The position numbers were made by a program, and so were the translations under genes. A stretch of DNA of 20,000 nt from an uncultured virus (IMG/VR IMGVR_UViG_3300037840_000096). Its lineage: Duplodnaviria; Heunggongvirae; Uroviricota; Caudoviricetes. A model generated the notes under the pieces. The model had not been told where the DNA came from. It did no database searches and saw only the letters and a program-made list of their open reading frames with translations. The stretch lies in IMG/VR virus record IMGVR_UViG_3300037840_000096, one strand, 5' to 3'. Shown here one piece after another: positions 7,913-16,681 of this stretch. Positions within the stretch are counted from its first letter, which is position 1; the number at the start of each line of letters is the position of its first letter.

Positions 7913-8275
7913 ATGAAACTGAAACCGCAAGGTGATCGCGTGGTGGTCCTGGTGGAGGAAGCTCCTACCGTGTCCAGGGGAGGGATTCATCTCCCAGAGA
8001 GGTCCCGCCGCAACACCCAGATGGGCAAAATCTTGGCCGTAGGCCCCGGTCGCAAGGGGGAGAACGGGGAGAGAATCCCCCTGGATCTGCGGGTAGGAGA
8101 CAAAGTGGCCTTCACCCGACACGCAGGAGACACCGTGCCCGAGTTGGGTGACAACATCATCATCCTTCCCGAGAGGGAGATCCTGGCAGTGGTAGAGGAG
8201 GCTGTAAAACACACTCCCCTCCAACACGCCATCGACTACAACGAGGCGTTCCCTTCTGCGGAGGATTTGGAGTAA
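7913..8275 (+). CDS. groES: Co-chaperonin GroES (Cpn10)
   Basis: MKLKPQGDRVVV...SRGGIHLPE...GKILAVGPG...LRVGDKVAF...EREILAVV; GGAG before ATG 7913. Confidence 0.95.
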   Translation: MKLKPQGDRVVVLVEEAPTVSRGGIHLPERSRRNTQMGKILAVGPGRKGENGERIPLDLRVGDKVAFTRHAGDTVPELGDNIIILPEREILAVVEEAVKHTPLQHAIDYNEAFPSAEDLE

Positions 8276-8277
8276 CC

Positions 8278-8490
8278 ATGCTCATCATCGACACCGACAA
8301 GAAAGAGATCATTCTGGACTCGTCGTGGACCACCAGACATAGCCGGGACGTTCCTCACGTTCTGATTTCGCCAGAAACGAAGGTGGTGGATCTACCTGCT
8401 GCCACTACTTACACCATCAAACGTCAGGAAGCCATTCCCAAGACCGTTCTGACCGTGCAGGAAGCGGCAAAGAAAGGATTTGATTCATGA
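8278..8490 (+). CDS. Hypothetical protein
   Basis: 70-aa ORF with GGAG upstream, coupled to the next gene by ATGA. Confidence 0.6.
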   Translation: MLIIDTDKKEIILDSSWTTRHSRDVPHVLISPETKVVDLPAATTYTIKRQEAIPKTVLTVQEAAKKGFDS

Positions 8491-9503
8491 AGATGGACCG
8501 AAAGTCCCTACTTCACCGGCTTCTCCTGGTTGAACCAGGGCTTTCCAAAGGAGGGACATTTCGGCAAGCTGACTGTCTTCTCTTCCGGCGTGGTCGGGTC
8601 TATACCTTCAATCAGGAAGTAGCCTGCTCCTTGCCCTCCGGGCTCCCTAAAGAGGTAGAGGGAGCCGTGGAGGGTAAGAGGGTCATGGACCTGCTGAAAC
8701 TCCTGGAGGAAGATGAGATAGAGGTTGATTTCGCAGCAAAGTCCCTATGCGTCCGGGGTAAGAGGCCCCGGTCTACTATCCCTCTGCAAGAAGAAATTAC
8801 CCTACCCGTGGACAGTGTGGACAAACCGGAAGGGTGGCAGAAGCTACACGAGGATTTCTCAGAAGCAGTGGATTTAGTCTATCGCTGTGCCCGGAAGAGA
8901 CGCCAGGACGAGGGCATGGACTGGAAAAAGGAGTGTGTCCATATTACTCCTAAGCACATGGAGGCCAGTGACAACGAAAAGCTGGCCAGGTACACGCTTC
9001 CCACGGGAGTTCTGGAGCCCCTCCTGGTTCGTGGGGAGACTCTGAAAGCCATGTGCCAGTTAGGAATGACGCAGGTGTGTGAGACGCCTGCCTGGCTTCA
9101 CTTCTGGAATCCCATGAAACTCAGGATGAGCCTTCGCAAGCACATTCGAGAGTCTTACCCCAACATGGAGGCATTCCTAAAGCTGCGGGGGAGAAAGATT
9201 CTGCTTCCAAAGTCCCTATGCTCCACGGTAGCCAGGGCCATGATTTTCACCCAGGACAGGGTTCGGGTAACCCTGCTTCCCAAGAAAGTAGTAGTAGAGG
9301 CCATCTCCCCGCAGGGAAACCACTACGAACCCTGTCCTCTGGTGGGATATGAGTACGAAGGACCTGATCTGTGTTTCTCCGTGCCTCCCAAACTGCTCCT
9401 GGATGTAGTATCCAGGGAGAGTGTGTGTGAGGTAACAGAGTCCACTCTCCGAGTGGACAACGGCAAGTGTGTGTTTGTAGTATCCTTGGAGAGAACAGCA
9501 TGA
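8487..9503 (+). CDS. DNA polymerase sliding clamp, Pol III beta-like
   Basis: 338 aa with a beta-clamp-like pattern (MKMDRKSLLHRLLLV..., MEASDNEKLARY, FSVPPKLLLDVV); lies in a replication module that has a clamp loader. Confidence 0.7.
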   Translation: MKMDRKSLLHRLLLVEPGLSKGGTFRQADCLLFRRGRVYTFNQEVACSLPSGLPKEVEGAVEGKRVMDLLKLLEEDEIEVDFAAKSLCVRGKRPRSTIPLQEEITLPVDSVDKPEGWQKLHEDFSEAVDLVYRCARKRRQDEGMDWKKECVHITPKHMEASDNEKLARYTLPTGVLEPLLVRGETLKAMCQLGMTQVCETPAWLHFWNPMKLRMSLRKHIRESYPNMEAFLKLRGRKILLPKSLCSTVARAMIFTQDRVRVTLLPKKVVVEAISPQGNHYEPCPLVGYEYEGPDLCFSVPPKLLLDVVSRESVCEVTESTLRVDNGKCVFVVSLERTA

Positions 9504-9706
9504 ACAAGTATGTGAAAAAGCTGGCGGAGGAGATAGGGGAGTGGCCCTTGTTAGTCTCCGCTGCCATGAATGAGGTGCAGAAAGACAATCACCAAACAGA
9601 GGGAACCATACAGGTAGAAGCCGCTGCCTATCACGCTCTTTGTCTGATGGCTCTGATCGGAATTCACCAGATAGAGGTAGAGCTTCTGAGGGAGAAAGCA
9701 ACGTGA
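9500..9706 (+). CDS. Hypothetical protein
   Basis: GGAG then ATG 9500, coupled to both neighbours by 4-nt overlaps. Confidence 0.6.
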   Translation: MNKYVKKLAEEIGEWPLLVSAAMNEVQKDNHQTEGTIQVEAAAYHALCLMALIGIHQIEVELLREKAT

Positions 9707-10935
9707 GCTTTGTGAATCCCTCCTCCTGGAACGCCCCTCAGCCTTTGAAGCTGGTGCCTTTGTGCGACAAGTGCCGGCTCCACGAGAGTTGTGAATCTCC
9801 CTTCATGAAGCCTACGGGTGAGGGGAAGCGAAAGGTCTTGATTGTAGCGGAAGCCCCCGGACAGACAGAGGACCAGAGAGGCGTTCAATTGTGTGGGAAC
9901 TCTGGTGGCGAACTCATGCGGATTCTGAGCAACATCGGGATTCGCATGAGGAAGGACTGCTGGCTCACCAACGCCGTGATCTGCCGGCCCTGGGATGAGG
10001 ATGGTAACAGAGAGCCCACTACCAAGGAAATCTCTTACTGCCGGCCAAACCTGGCCAACACTTTTCGAGAGCTTGATCCCGAAGTGGTGATCCCTCTGGG
10101 CAAAGTCTCTATGGCCAGCATACTCCCGCTGGTGTGGAAAGACCACGAAGCAGACACCATCACCCGCTGGGTGGGATGGCAGATTCCAGTCCAGAAGGGT
10201 AACTTCTGGATGTGCCCAACCTACCATACCTCCCACTTACTTCGTGCAAACAACGAAGGAGCCAACACCGTAGAACTCCATCTGACGAAGCACCTGGCGG
10301 CTGCTTTTGCTCTGAAAGGCAGGCCCTGGGACCAAAATCCTCCAAACTTTGCAGGATCAGTTCAGCTTCATTTCTCTCCCAGACAGGCAGCTAAAGAAGT
10401 CGGGGCTATGATGGAAGAGGGAGGTCCATTGGCCTTTGACTTTGAAACTACCACTCTAAAGCCAGACGGTCCTCACGCAGAGATCCTGTGCTGTGCGGTG
10501 AGTGATGGCAAAGTCTCTATTGCCTTTCCCTGGATCGGAGAGGCCAGAGAAGCTGTACGGAATCTAGTTCGCAATCCTAAGATCCCCAAGATCGCGGCTA
10601 ACTTGCAGTTTGAGGACAGGTGGTGCCGGGCCAAGCTGGGAACCTCTGTCCGAAACTGGCACTACGATACCTGCCTGGGAGCCCATTGGCTGGATTGCAG
10701 AAGTCATGTTTCCAGTCTGAAATTCCAGTCCTTCGTAAGATTCGGAATGCCAGACTATGACAGCCATCTGGAGAAGTACAAGAAACCCGATAAGAAACAT
10801 AGGGACGACTGCAACGCTCCCAACAGACTAAAAGAAGTTGAACCTGAGATTCTACTCCGTTATTGTGCGATAGATGCCCTGTTAGAGGTGAAGGTGTTTG
10901 AACACCAGATGCAAGAGTGGGAGAACAAACAATGA
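9703..10935 (+). CDS. Uracil-DNA glycosylase family 4-like domain fused to 3'-5' proofreading exonuclease (N-terminal part of a split family A DNA polymerase)
   Basis: CDKCRL, AEAPG, TNAVICRP, TYHTS (UDG4); AFDFETT, ANLQFED, YCAIDA (Exo I-III); likely GTG start at 9703. Confidence 0.88.
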   Translation: MSFVNPSSWNAPQPLKLVPLCDKCRLHESCESPFMKPTGEGKRKVLIVAEAPGQTEDQRGVQLCGNSGGELMRILSNIGIRMRKDCWLTNAVICRPWDEDGNREPTTKEISYCRPNLANTFRELDPEVVIPLGKVSMASILPLVWKDHEADTITRWVGWQIPVQKGNFWMCPTYHTSHLLRANNEGANTVELHLTKHLAAAFALKGRPWDQNPPNFAGSVQLHFSPRQAAKEVGAMMEEGGPLAFDFETTTLKPDGPHAEILCCAVSDGKVSIAFPWIGEAREAVRNLVRNPKIPKIAANLQFEDRWCRAKLGTSVRNWHYDTCLGAHWLDCRSHVSSLKFQSFVRFGMPDYDSHLEKYKKPDKKHRDDCNAPNRLKEVEPEILLRYCAIDALLEVKVFEHQMQEWENKQ

Positions 10936-11168
10936 GTCGGGCGACTGTAACGGCGATCTATCGTGTTGTCAGTGCTTCTAACAGAGACAAGGATACACTC
11001 ATTGGGGTGTTTGATCTACACCAAATCCCTTTGGTAGGGGAGTTAATCAGTATTCAGGGTGACCCTTACATCGTCCGAGAGAGAAGCTGGGAAATCGACG
11101 AAACGTTCCGCCCTGAAATGACACATCCGTTCTGCTACTTACGAGTTGTGAAGGCAGGGGATTTCTAG
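10932..11168 (+). CDS. Hypothetical protein
   Basis: GGAG then ATG 10932 overlapping the upstream stop. Confidence 0.6.
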   Translation: MSRATVTAIYRVVSASNRDKDTLIGVFDLHQIPLVGELISIQGDPYIVRERSWEIDETFRPEMTHPFCYLRVVKAGDF

Positions 11169-11178
11169 GAGAACAACA

Positions 11179-11559
11179 ATGGCTGAGAGTCACGCGGAGA
11201 GGCTGCACAAGATCGAAAACCACCTCATCCAGATAGATGAGAAGCTGATTCAAGTGCTTCGGCAACTGAGTCACATGGAGGAACTGATCCTGTCCACGAA
11301 GGTAGAGTCTGTCTCCGAGGAGGAGGAAGAAGAAGCACCAGATAGCATTCAGTTCTGGGTATTAGAAGTACCTGTAGGGAATCGCTACTTCCAATACATA
11401 AGGAAGGAGGTCGTCATTCTTACTGATTACCTTACCAGCGCTCGTCGCTACTACTCGGAGCAGGAAGCTAAGGTAGCCGCTGTCTCTCTGGAAGCCGAGC
11501 ATCATTGGAGTGGGTATCTGAAGGCCATCTGGACTTCTGACCTGGAGGACTACGAATGA
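11179..11559 (+). CDS. Hypothetical protein
   Basis: AGGAG then ATG; N-terminal coiled coil and acidic run. Confidence 0.65.
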   Translation: MAESHAERLHKIENHLIQIDEKLIQVLRQLSHMEELILSTKVESVSEEEEEEAPDSIQFWVLEVPVGNRYFQYIRKEVVILTDYLTSARRYYSEQEAKVAAVSLEAEHHWSGYLKAIWTSDLEDYE

Positions 11560-12149
11560 GCATTCTCTGTGATTTTCAGATCGAAGCCCTGTGCAGCCGC
11601 AAGGACAATCCTCTCCTGGAGCCCTTCAACAAGGGCATTCAGGATGGTGGGGTTATCAGTAGCGGTTTGACCCACATGGGCTATGATTTTCGCCTGGGAT
11701 TTCTGGTGTTCATCCTCAAGAACACCTTCAACGAAACCCTCTCACCCAAGAGGATGAAGACCGATCCTGAGTACCTGCGAAGGATCTTCGACGAAGTTCA
11801 CGCAGTACAGGGCCAGCCTATCGTGATTCCTCCCAACGGATATGCTCTGGGCTATACCCTGGAGTACATCCGCATGCCACCTACGCTAAAGGGTCATTGT
11901 GTGGGAAAGAGTAGTCTGGCGAGATGTGCTGTCATCATCAACACAACTCCTCTGGAGCCTGGCTGGGAGGGTCATCTCACCCTGGAGATTGGCAACCTCT
12001 CTCCCTGTCCTGTGGAGGTGTACGCCGGTGAAGGGATCGCTCAGGTGGAATTCTTCGTGGCAGATCATATGCCTGACACCGTCTACGACTCCAACAAGAA
12101 ATACCAATCTCAGGGTCCCAACCCCGTGATCGCCAGGGTGAAGCCATGA
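11556..12149 (+). CDS. dcd: dCTP deaminase
   Basis: ISSGLTHMGYDFRL, GKSSLARC, TPLEPGWEGHLTLEI, YAGEGIAQ, KYQSQ. Confidence 0.95.
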   Translation: MSILCDFQIEALCSRKDNPLLEPFNKGIQDGGVISSGLTHMGYDFRLGFLVFILKNTFNETLSPKRMKTDPEYLRRIFDEVHAVQGQPIVIPPNGYALGYTLEYIRMPPTLKGHCVGKSSLARCAVIINTTPLEPGWEGHLTLEIGNLSPCPVEVYAGEGIAQVEFFVADHMPDTVYDSNKKYQSQGPNPVIARVKP

Positions 12150-13543
12150 AATCTCCAGTTCCAGCTACGAAAGAAGCCCTCCAACTGCTCATGGAGGGAG
12201 CGGTTGCATCTAGTAAGATGTCAGCCAACGGCATCAGGATAGACGTGCCGTACCTGGACCAGAAGATCAAGGAGGTTCGCCAGACCATAGAGACTTTGGA
12301 GTCTGAACTCCGGCAGGCACCAGAATACAAGTGCTGGCAGAAGATGTTCGGTCTGAAGATGAAACTCCAGGCTCCTTACCAACTTGGACAGGTGATCTTT
12401 CGAGGGATGGGTCATAAGAGAAATCCGTTTCTACAAGACTCCAACGAGGAGGTGGCGTTTGAGCATCTGAAGCTACCCTTCCTGAAGTTGCACTTTCAGA
12501 GGTTGAAGCTGAAGAAGGCCCTGACCACCAACCTCTACGGCATCAAACGCGAAACTGTAAGCGGGTTCTGCCATCCCAGCTTCCTGCTGGACACCACCGT
12601 CTCCAATCGCTTGAGTTGCCGCAACCCTAACTTCCAAAATGTTCCAGGCCGGAACAAGGTAATCTCCGAGATCGTGCGGTCCTGTGTGATTCCCAGGGAA
12701 GGTCACGAGATCCTAAACGGTGACTACTCCGTGCAGGAAGTGCGAGTGGCCTACTGCTACTGCAAGGATCAAAGGCTCCTGCATGATATCCTGCACGGAG
12801 ACATGCACAAGGATCGAGCCCTGGAGTTGTTTCTTCTGACTCCAGAGGAGATGGGAAACCCCAAACAAGGAATGGGGAAGAAGATTCGCCAGGAGGCCAA
12901 GAACAAGTTTACCTTCGCTCAGTTCTACGGGGACTACTACGGTCACTGTGCCCCTCTGCTCTGGGATGCTATCACAATGGAGGAGCTTACCACCGCTGCT
13001 GGCGTGCCTCTCCACGAGCATCTCAAGTCAAAAGGCATAGGGACTTTGGGCCTTTGTGACCCAGAACAGGAACCCAAGAAAGGAACTTTTGAGTATCACG
13101 TTCAGAAAGTAGAGAGGAAAATGTGGGACGAGGTGTACGTTGAGTACACCCAATGGAAAAAGGACTGGTACAATTTGTACCTGGCTCACGGAGCCATCTC
13201 CACCCTCACTGGCTTCCGACACGAAGGAGTGTTCTCCCGGAATCAGATACTCAACTTCCCCGTGCAAGGGTCGGCTGCTCACTGCCTGCTCTGGTCGCAC
13301 ATCCAGATCCAAAAGGAAATGACCCAGCGTAGGATGAAGTCCAAGATCATCTTCACAATCCACGATTCTCTCGGGGTAGACGCCCATAAGAAAGAGATAG
13401 ATGATGTGTGCGAGATGATGTACCGCTGGAGCGTAGTAGAGATTCAGAAGCACTGGCCCTGGATCATCGTTCCGTTGTCCTTGGAGTTCGGCATCTGCCC
13501 TGTCAACTGGTATCAGGAAATCCCTCTGGAGGTGAAGTTATGA
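12146..13543 (+). CDS. DNA polymerase family A, polymerase domain only (C-terminal part of the split enzyme)
   Basis: GIRID thumb start; RLSCRNPNFQNVP; motif A DYSVQEVRV; motif B RQEAKNKFTFAQFYG; NFPVQGSAA; motif C TIHDS. Confidence 0.93.
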   Translation: MKSPVPATKEALQLLMEGAVASSKMSANGIRIDVPYLDQKIKEVRQTIETLESELRQAPEYKCWQKMFGLKMKLQAPYQLGQVIFRGMGHKRNPFLQDSNEEVAFEHLKLPFLKLHFQRLKLKKALTTNLYGIKRETVSGFCHPSFLLDTTVSNRLSCRNPNFQNVPGRNKVISEIVRSCVIPREGHEILNGDYSVQEVRVAYCYCKDQRLLHDILHGDMHKDRALELFLLTPEEMGNPKQGMGKKIRQEAKNKFTFAQFYGDYYGHCAPLLWDAITMEELTTAAGVPLHEHLKSKGIGTLGLCDPEQEPKKGTFEYHVQKVERKMWDEVYVEYTQWKKDWYNLYLAHGAISTLTGFRHEGVFSRNQILNFPVQGSAAHCLLWSHIQIQKEMTQRRMKSKIIFTIHDSLGVDAHKKEIDDVCEMMYRWSVVEIQKHWPWIIVPLSLEFGICPVNWYQEIPLEVKL

Positions 13544-13722
13544 CCCTTCGTGACCGTCAACTGCGGTTCTTGGAAGAGTATGAATTGCTCTGTAGGAAGT
13601 TCGACATCATCGTTGGTTCCTGCGGGTGTTGTAACTCTCCGTGGATAGACCCTCCAGGAAACGGTGAAACTATCGAACTCCACCTGGCCGATCTGCGAAG
13701 CAAAGTGGAGAAAGAACTATGA
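13540..13722 (+). CDS. Small hypothetical protein with CGCC motif
   Basis: GGAGGTG then ATG 13540, coupled on both sides; contains GSCGCCNSPW. Confidence 0.65.
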   Translation: MTLRDRQLRFLEEYELLCRKFDIIVGSCGCCNSPWIDPPGNGETIELHLADLRSKVEKEL

Positions 13723-14651
13723 GTACCTCCCTGTATGAAACCTGTCGCCCAAAGTCTCTAAGGGAAGTGGTGGGTCAGGACAACGCCGTACGCATCCTGA
13801 CCCAGAAGCTCAGGGAAGAATCCCTTCCCCACACGGTTATGTTCGCAGGGCCTACGGGATCGGGAAAATCCACGCTGGCACACATCGTAGCCAATGAACT
13901 TGGCTGCGGGGACAACCTCACCCCCATAAACTGTGCTGATGATCGCGGCATGGACATGGTCAGAGAGATCCAGACCACCATGCGTTACCAGCCCATGAAC
14001 GCAAAGTGTCGGGTGTGGATTCTGGAAGAGGTGATCCAGATTCCCAAACTCACCCAGAAAGCCTTCCTGGACGTGCTGGAGCACCCTCCAGAGACGGTGT
14101 ATTTCCTGCTCTGTACCAACGACACCGGAGGGCTCCTGGACACCTTTCTGGGAAGGTGTTTCATCTTGAACCTAGCACCCCTAGCTGGAGAACATCTAGC
14201 AACGGTGTTGTCCAGAGCCACTGCCACACTAAACACAAACTTTCCAGAACCTGCTGTGGTTAGAGCCATAGTCACTAACTCCCAGGGCTCTGCCAGAGTG
14301 GCTCTACAGCTTCTGGAGGCTGCTCTGGCGGTCAAAGGGGAGAAGGCTCAACTGGAGGCTGTGCAGCAGGGAGTGCCTGATAAAGAAGCTCTGGTGGAGT
14401 TCCTGGGCAGAGCTCTGATCCGGCGGGCTTCCTGGGCTGATCTGGCAAAGGCCCTGAAGCCACTCACGGATCAGGAAGCAGAGGGGGTTCGCCGGCAAGT
14501 TCTGGCCTACATGACTACGGTTCTCCTGGGAGGAGGGGACAAATCCACCCTGGCGTATCATGTAATAGAGGCTTTCCGAGAGCCTTTCTACCAGAATGGC
14601 AAGGCTCTCCTGGTGGCAGCGGTGTGGCGTGCAACCCAGATGGCGAGGTAG
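13719..14651 (+). CDS. Clamp loader AAA+ ATPase, DnaX (gamma/tau)/RFC-like
   Basis: LYETCRPKSLREVVGQ, Walker A GPTGSGKS, Walker B WILEEV, LEHPP, LGRC (SRC-like), GSARVALQLLE. Confidence 0.9.
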   Translation: MSTSLYETCRPKSLREVVGQDNAVRILTQKLREESLPHTVMFAGPTGSGKSTLAHIVANELGCGDNLTPINCADDRGMDMVREIQTTMRYQPMNAKCRVWILEEVIQIPKLTQKAFLDVLEHPPETVYFLLCTNDTGGLLDTFLGRCFILNLAPLAGEHLATVLSRATATLNTNFPEPAVVRAIVTNSQGSARVALQLLEAALAVKGEKAQLEAVQQGVPDKEALVEFLGRALIRRASWADLAKALKPLTDQEAEGVRRQVLAYMTTVLLGGGDKSTLAYHVIEAFREPFYQNGKALLVAAVWRATQMAR

Positions 14652-14663
14652 AAAGGAGAATCC

Positions 14664-14789
14664 ATGCAATGGCACCGGGGAGTGTTCGTAGTCCTTGTCA
14701 GACTGCTGCTCATAGTGCTTTTGCTGCTGTGCATCAGCGGCATGCTAGGGCTAATCGCAGACCAGATCGCTCACTTGTTTCGGAGGTAG
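14664..14789 (+). CDS. Small single-pass membrane protein (41 aa)
   Basis: AAGGAG then ATG 14664; MQWHRGVFVVLVRLLLIVLLLLCISGMLGLIADQIAHLFRR; fills the gap exactly; below the ORF-track cutoff. Confidence 0.6.
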   Translation: MQWHRGVFVVLVRLLLIVLLLLCISGMLGLIADQIAHLFRR

Positions 14790-14794
14790 CAGTC

Positions 14795-15028
14795 ATGGCA
14801 GGGCAGGAATTCAGTGATTTGTACTGCGAAGGCATTTGTCTTGACTGTGGAAGTACAGACATGAACGCCCTAGCCACAACGGTATGTCCTCACTGTGGAG
14901 GAATGGTTCCACTCATCCACGCTCCGAAAGGACCGCAAGGAGAGAAAGAGGTACGATGGCGTATCAAACAGCTACAAGAAAGCCCCGCAGAACGTGCCAA
15001 GGTCAAAAAGAACCTGAAAGGCAGATGA
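14795..15028 (+). CDS. Zinc-ribbon protein
   Basis: GGAGGT then ATG 14795; CLDCG...CPHCGG followed by a basic tail. Confidence 0.65.
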   Translation: MAGQEFSDLYCEGICLDCGSTDMNALATTVCPHCGGMVPLIHAPKGPQGEKEVRWRIKQLQESPAERAKVKKNLKGR

Positions 15029-15032
15029 AATC

Positions 15033-15518
15033 ATGAAATGCCCTGAGAACGTGCTGGAGATTCATCTGGATCGGTTGGAGGAGGAGTGCCAGTCTCTTCC
15101 CAAACTCCTTTTCCTTTGGGGAGACAAACTAGCTCAGGCCAAGCGAGACGCCAGAAACGCCAAGAACTATCTCAAGCTCCTGGCAGCGAACATGGCGAAG
15201 GAGATACGAGAGAATCCGAAAGACTTCGGCTTAGAGAAGATTACAGAGGCTGCTTTGGAACAGACAGTTCTTGTGCAAGAACAGTATGCCCAGGCTCTGG
15301 CAGACCACTCTGAAGCCGAACACGAGGAGGACGTTCTTCTCGCTTTCGTAATAGCCCTGAAGGAGAAAGGAGAACAGATTGGCAACATGACGAAACTTCA
15401 TGGTCAAATGTATTGGTCAAAGCCTGATACATCCGGTCTGAAGGAAGAGGAACGCCAGCAAGCCACTAAGGCCAGCAAACCTGACATGGGCATGCGAAAG
15501 CCCAAAACCAGCAAGTAA
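15033..15518 (+). CDS. Recombination mediator, UvsY-like
   Basis: All-helical 161-aa protein with KITEAALEQTV...Y...; lies upstream of SSB and RecA, as in T4-like recombination modules. Confidence 0.6.
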   Translation: MKCPENVLEIHLDRLEEECQSLPKLLFLWGDKLAQAKRDARNAKNYLKLLAANMAKEIRENPKDFGLEKITEAALEQTVLVQEQYAQALADHSEAEHEEDVLLAFVIALKEKGEQIGNMTKLHGQMYWSKPDTSGLKEEERQQATKASKPDMGMRKPKTSK

Positions 15519-15569
15519 CCGTCCGAAGCAAAGTCCCTATGGTATCGCCCGTAGCAGCAGAGGTGCAGA

Positions 15570-16604
15570 ATGGCAGAGAAACGCAAGCCGATGGTCGTCA
15601 ACACGAAGAAGCAGGTGGAGACGGCCCCGACCGCCAACAAGGCGAAGTATCTGAAACTTCCCAGCAAGATCCAACGCTTCAAACCCGTGGCAGGCCAGGA
15701 CTACACGGTGATCTTCCTCCCGTGGATCGCTGGAAAGGGTCACCCCGAGAAAGGGGAGCCTGTCGCCACTCGATTCATCATGGTCCACGCTGCTCTGGGT
15801 CCGAACTCCGAGGCCCACTACTGCCTGGCCCACATCAACAAGCCCTGTCCTGTCTGTGAGATGTTTCAAGAGCAGCGTCTCAAGTGCCCTCGTGGGGACA
15901 AGACCTTCTGGCGGGATCAGGTGATGCCATTCTCGGCTCGCAACCGAGAACTCATGCTGATTCACGTTCTGAAGCATCAAGACCCCAAGAACCTCTTCAT
16001 CTGGGACGAAGCGGTGGGGAACTTCGGTGATTCCTTCCGGGCCATGTTCCAGCGTCGGGAAGCCTGGCGGAAGTACGCCAACCTGGAAGATGGCTGCACG
16101 GTGGAATTCAGTGCTGCTGAATCCACGGGAGGTGACTTCAAGTTTGTCACCTGCAAGAACGCTATCGTCATCGAACCCCGTACAGAACCACTGGACAAGT
16201 GGCTCGTGGAGGCGGCGTACAACACCTGCGTGGATGACTTCTTGGTCTACACTCCCTATGCCGAACTGGCTCGTCTGCTGGGCCAGACCGGAGGAGACGA
16301 CAGCAACGGAGAGGATCAGGAACGCATGGAAACCCCCTCCAGCCGGGTCAAGGAGCGTACAGAGGAGGATGAACTCGCAGAAGAAGAGGACGAAGAAGAG
16401 GAAGATGACGAGGAACAAAAGGTCCCGGAGAAGCCTACTCGCAAGCCCACCCGATCTGTCCGGCCTGCTGTCGAGGACGTGGAGGAAGCAGAGCCTGACG
16501 ACGACGAAGACGACGATGACGAAGAAGTGGACCCGGACGACGAGGAGCCGGAACCCGATCCAGAGCCGGTCAAACCCAAGACTGGCAAGAAGAAACCTCG
16601 CTAG
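15570..16604 (+). CDS. Single-stranded DNA-binding protein, T4 gp32-like
   Basis: VIFLPW, MVH, HYCLAHINKPCPVCE (Zn site), very acidic C-terminal tail; GAGGTG Shine-Dalgarno. Confidence 0.8.
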   Translation: MAEKRKPMVVNTKKQVETAPTANKAKYLKLPSKIQRFKPVAGQDYTVIFLPWIAGKGHPEKGEPVATRFIMVHAALGPNSEAHYCLAHINKPCPVCEMFQEQRLKCPRGDKTFWRDQVMPFSARNRELMLIHVLKHQDPKNLFIWDEAVGNFGDSFRAMFQRREAWRKYANLEDGCTVEFSAAESTGGDFKFVTCKNAIVIEPRTEPLDKWLVEAAYNTCVDDFLVYTPYAELARLLGQTGGDDSNGEDQERMETPSSRVKERTEEDELAEEEDEEEEDDEEQKVPEKPTRKPTRSVRPAVEDVEEAEPDDDEDDDDEEVDPDDEEPEPDPEPVKPKTGKKKPR

Positions 16605-16630
16605 GGCTCCCTGACAGCCCTGGCAGGTCA

Positions 16631-16680
16631 GGGGAGGAGGGGCGGGACTTGTACTCCCGGTCAGACTCTCCTCCCCGTTT
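16631..16680 (+). terminator. GC-rich hairpin followed by GTTT after ssb (putative terminator or processing stem)
   Basis: GGGGAGGAG (16631-16639) pairs with CTCCTCCCC (16668-16676), with inner stem CGGGA/TCCCG; the T-tract is weak. Confidence 0.35.
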
Positions 16681-16681
16681 C

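Noticed and set aside
7639..7935. 98-aa + strand ORF across the parB-groES gap
   Set aside because: No recognisable protein features; it overlaps groES, and the region is better explained by RNA structures
8273..8280. TAA readthrough fusing GroES to the next gene via the UUA tRNA
   Set aside because: The downstream ATG at 8278 is out of frame with groES, and no gene in the window appears interrupted by an in-frame stop
10936..12145. Intron or intein interrupting the DNA polymerase
   Set aside because: The gap is filled by ordinary coupled genes including dcd; there is no homing endonuclease or splice-junction motif, and both halves have their own start and stop
16360..16580. GAR/GAC-rich low-complexity repeats
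   Set aside because: They simply encode the acidic C-terminal tail of the SSB
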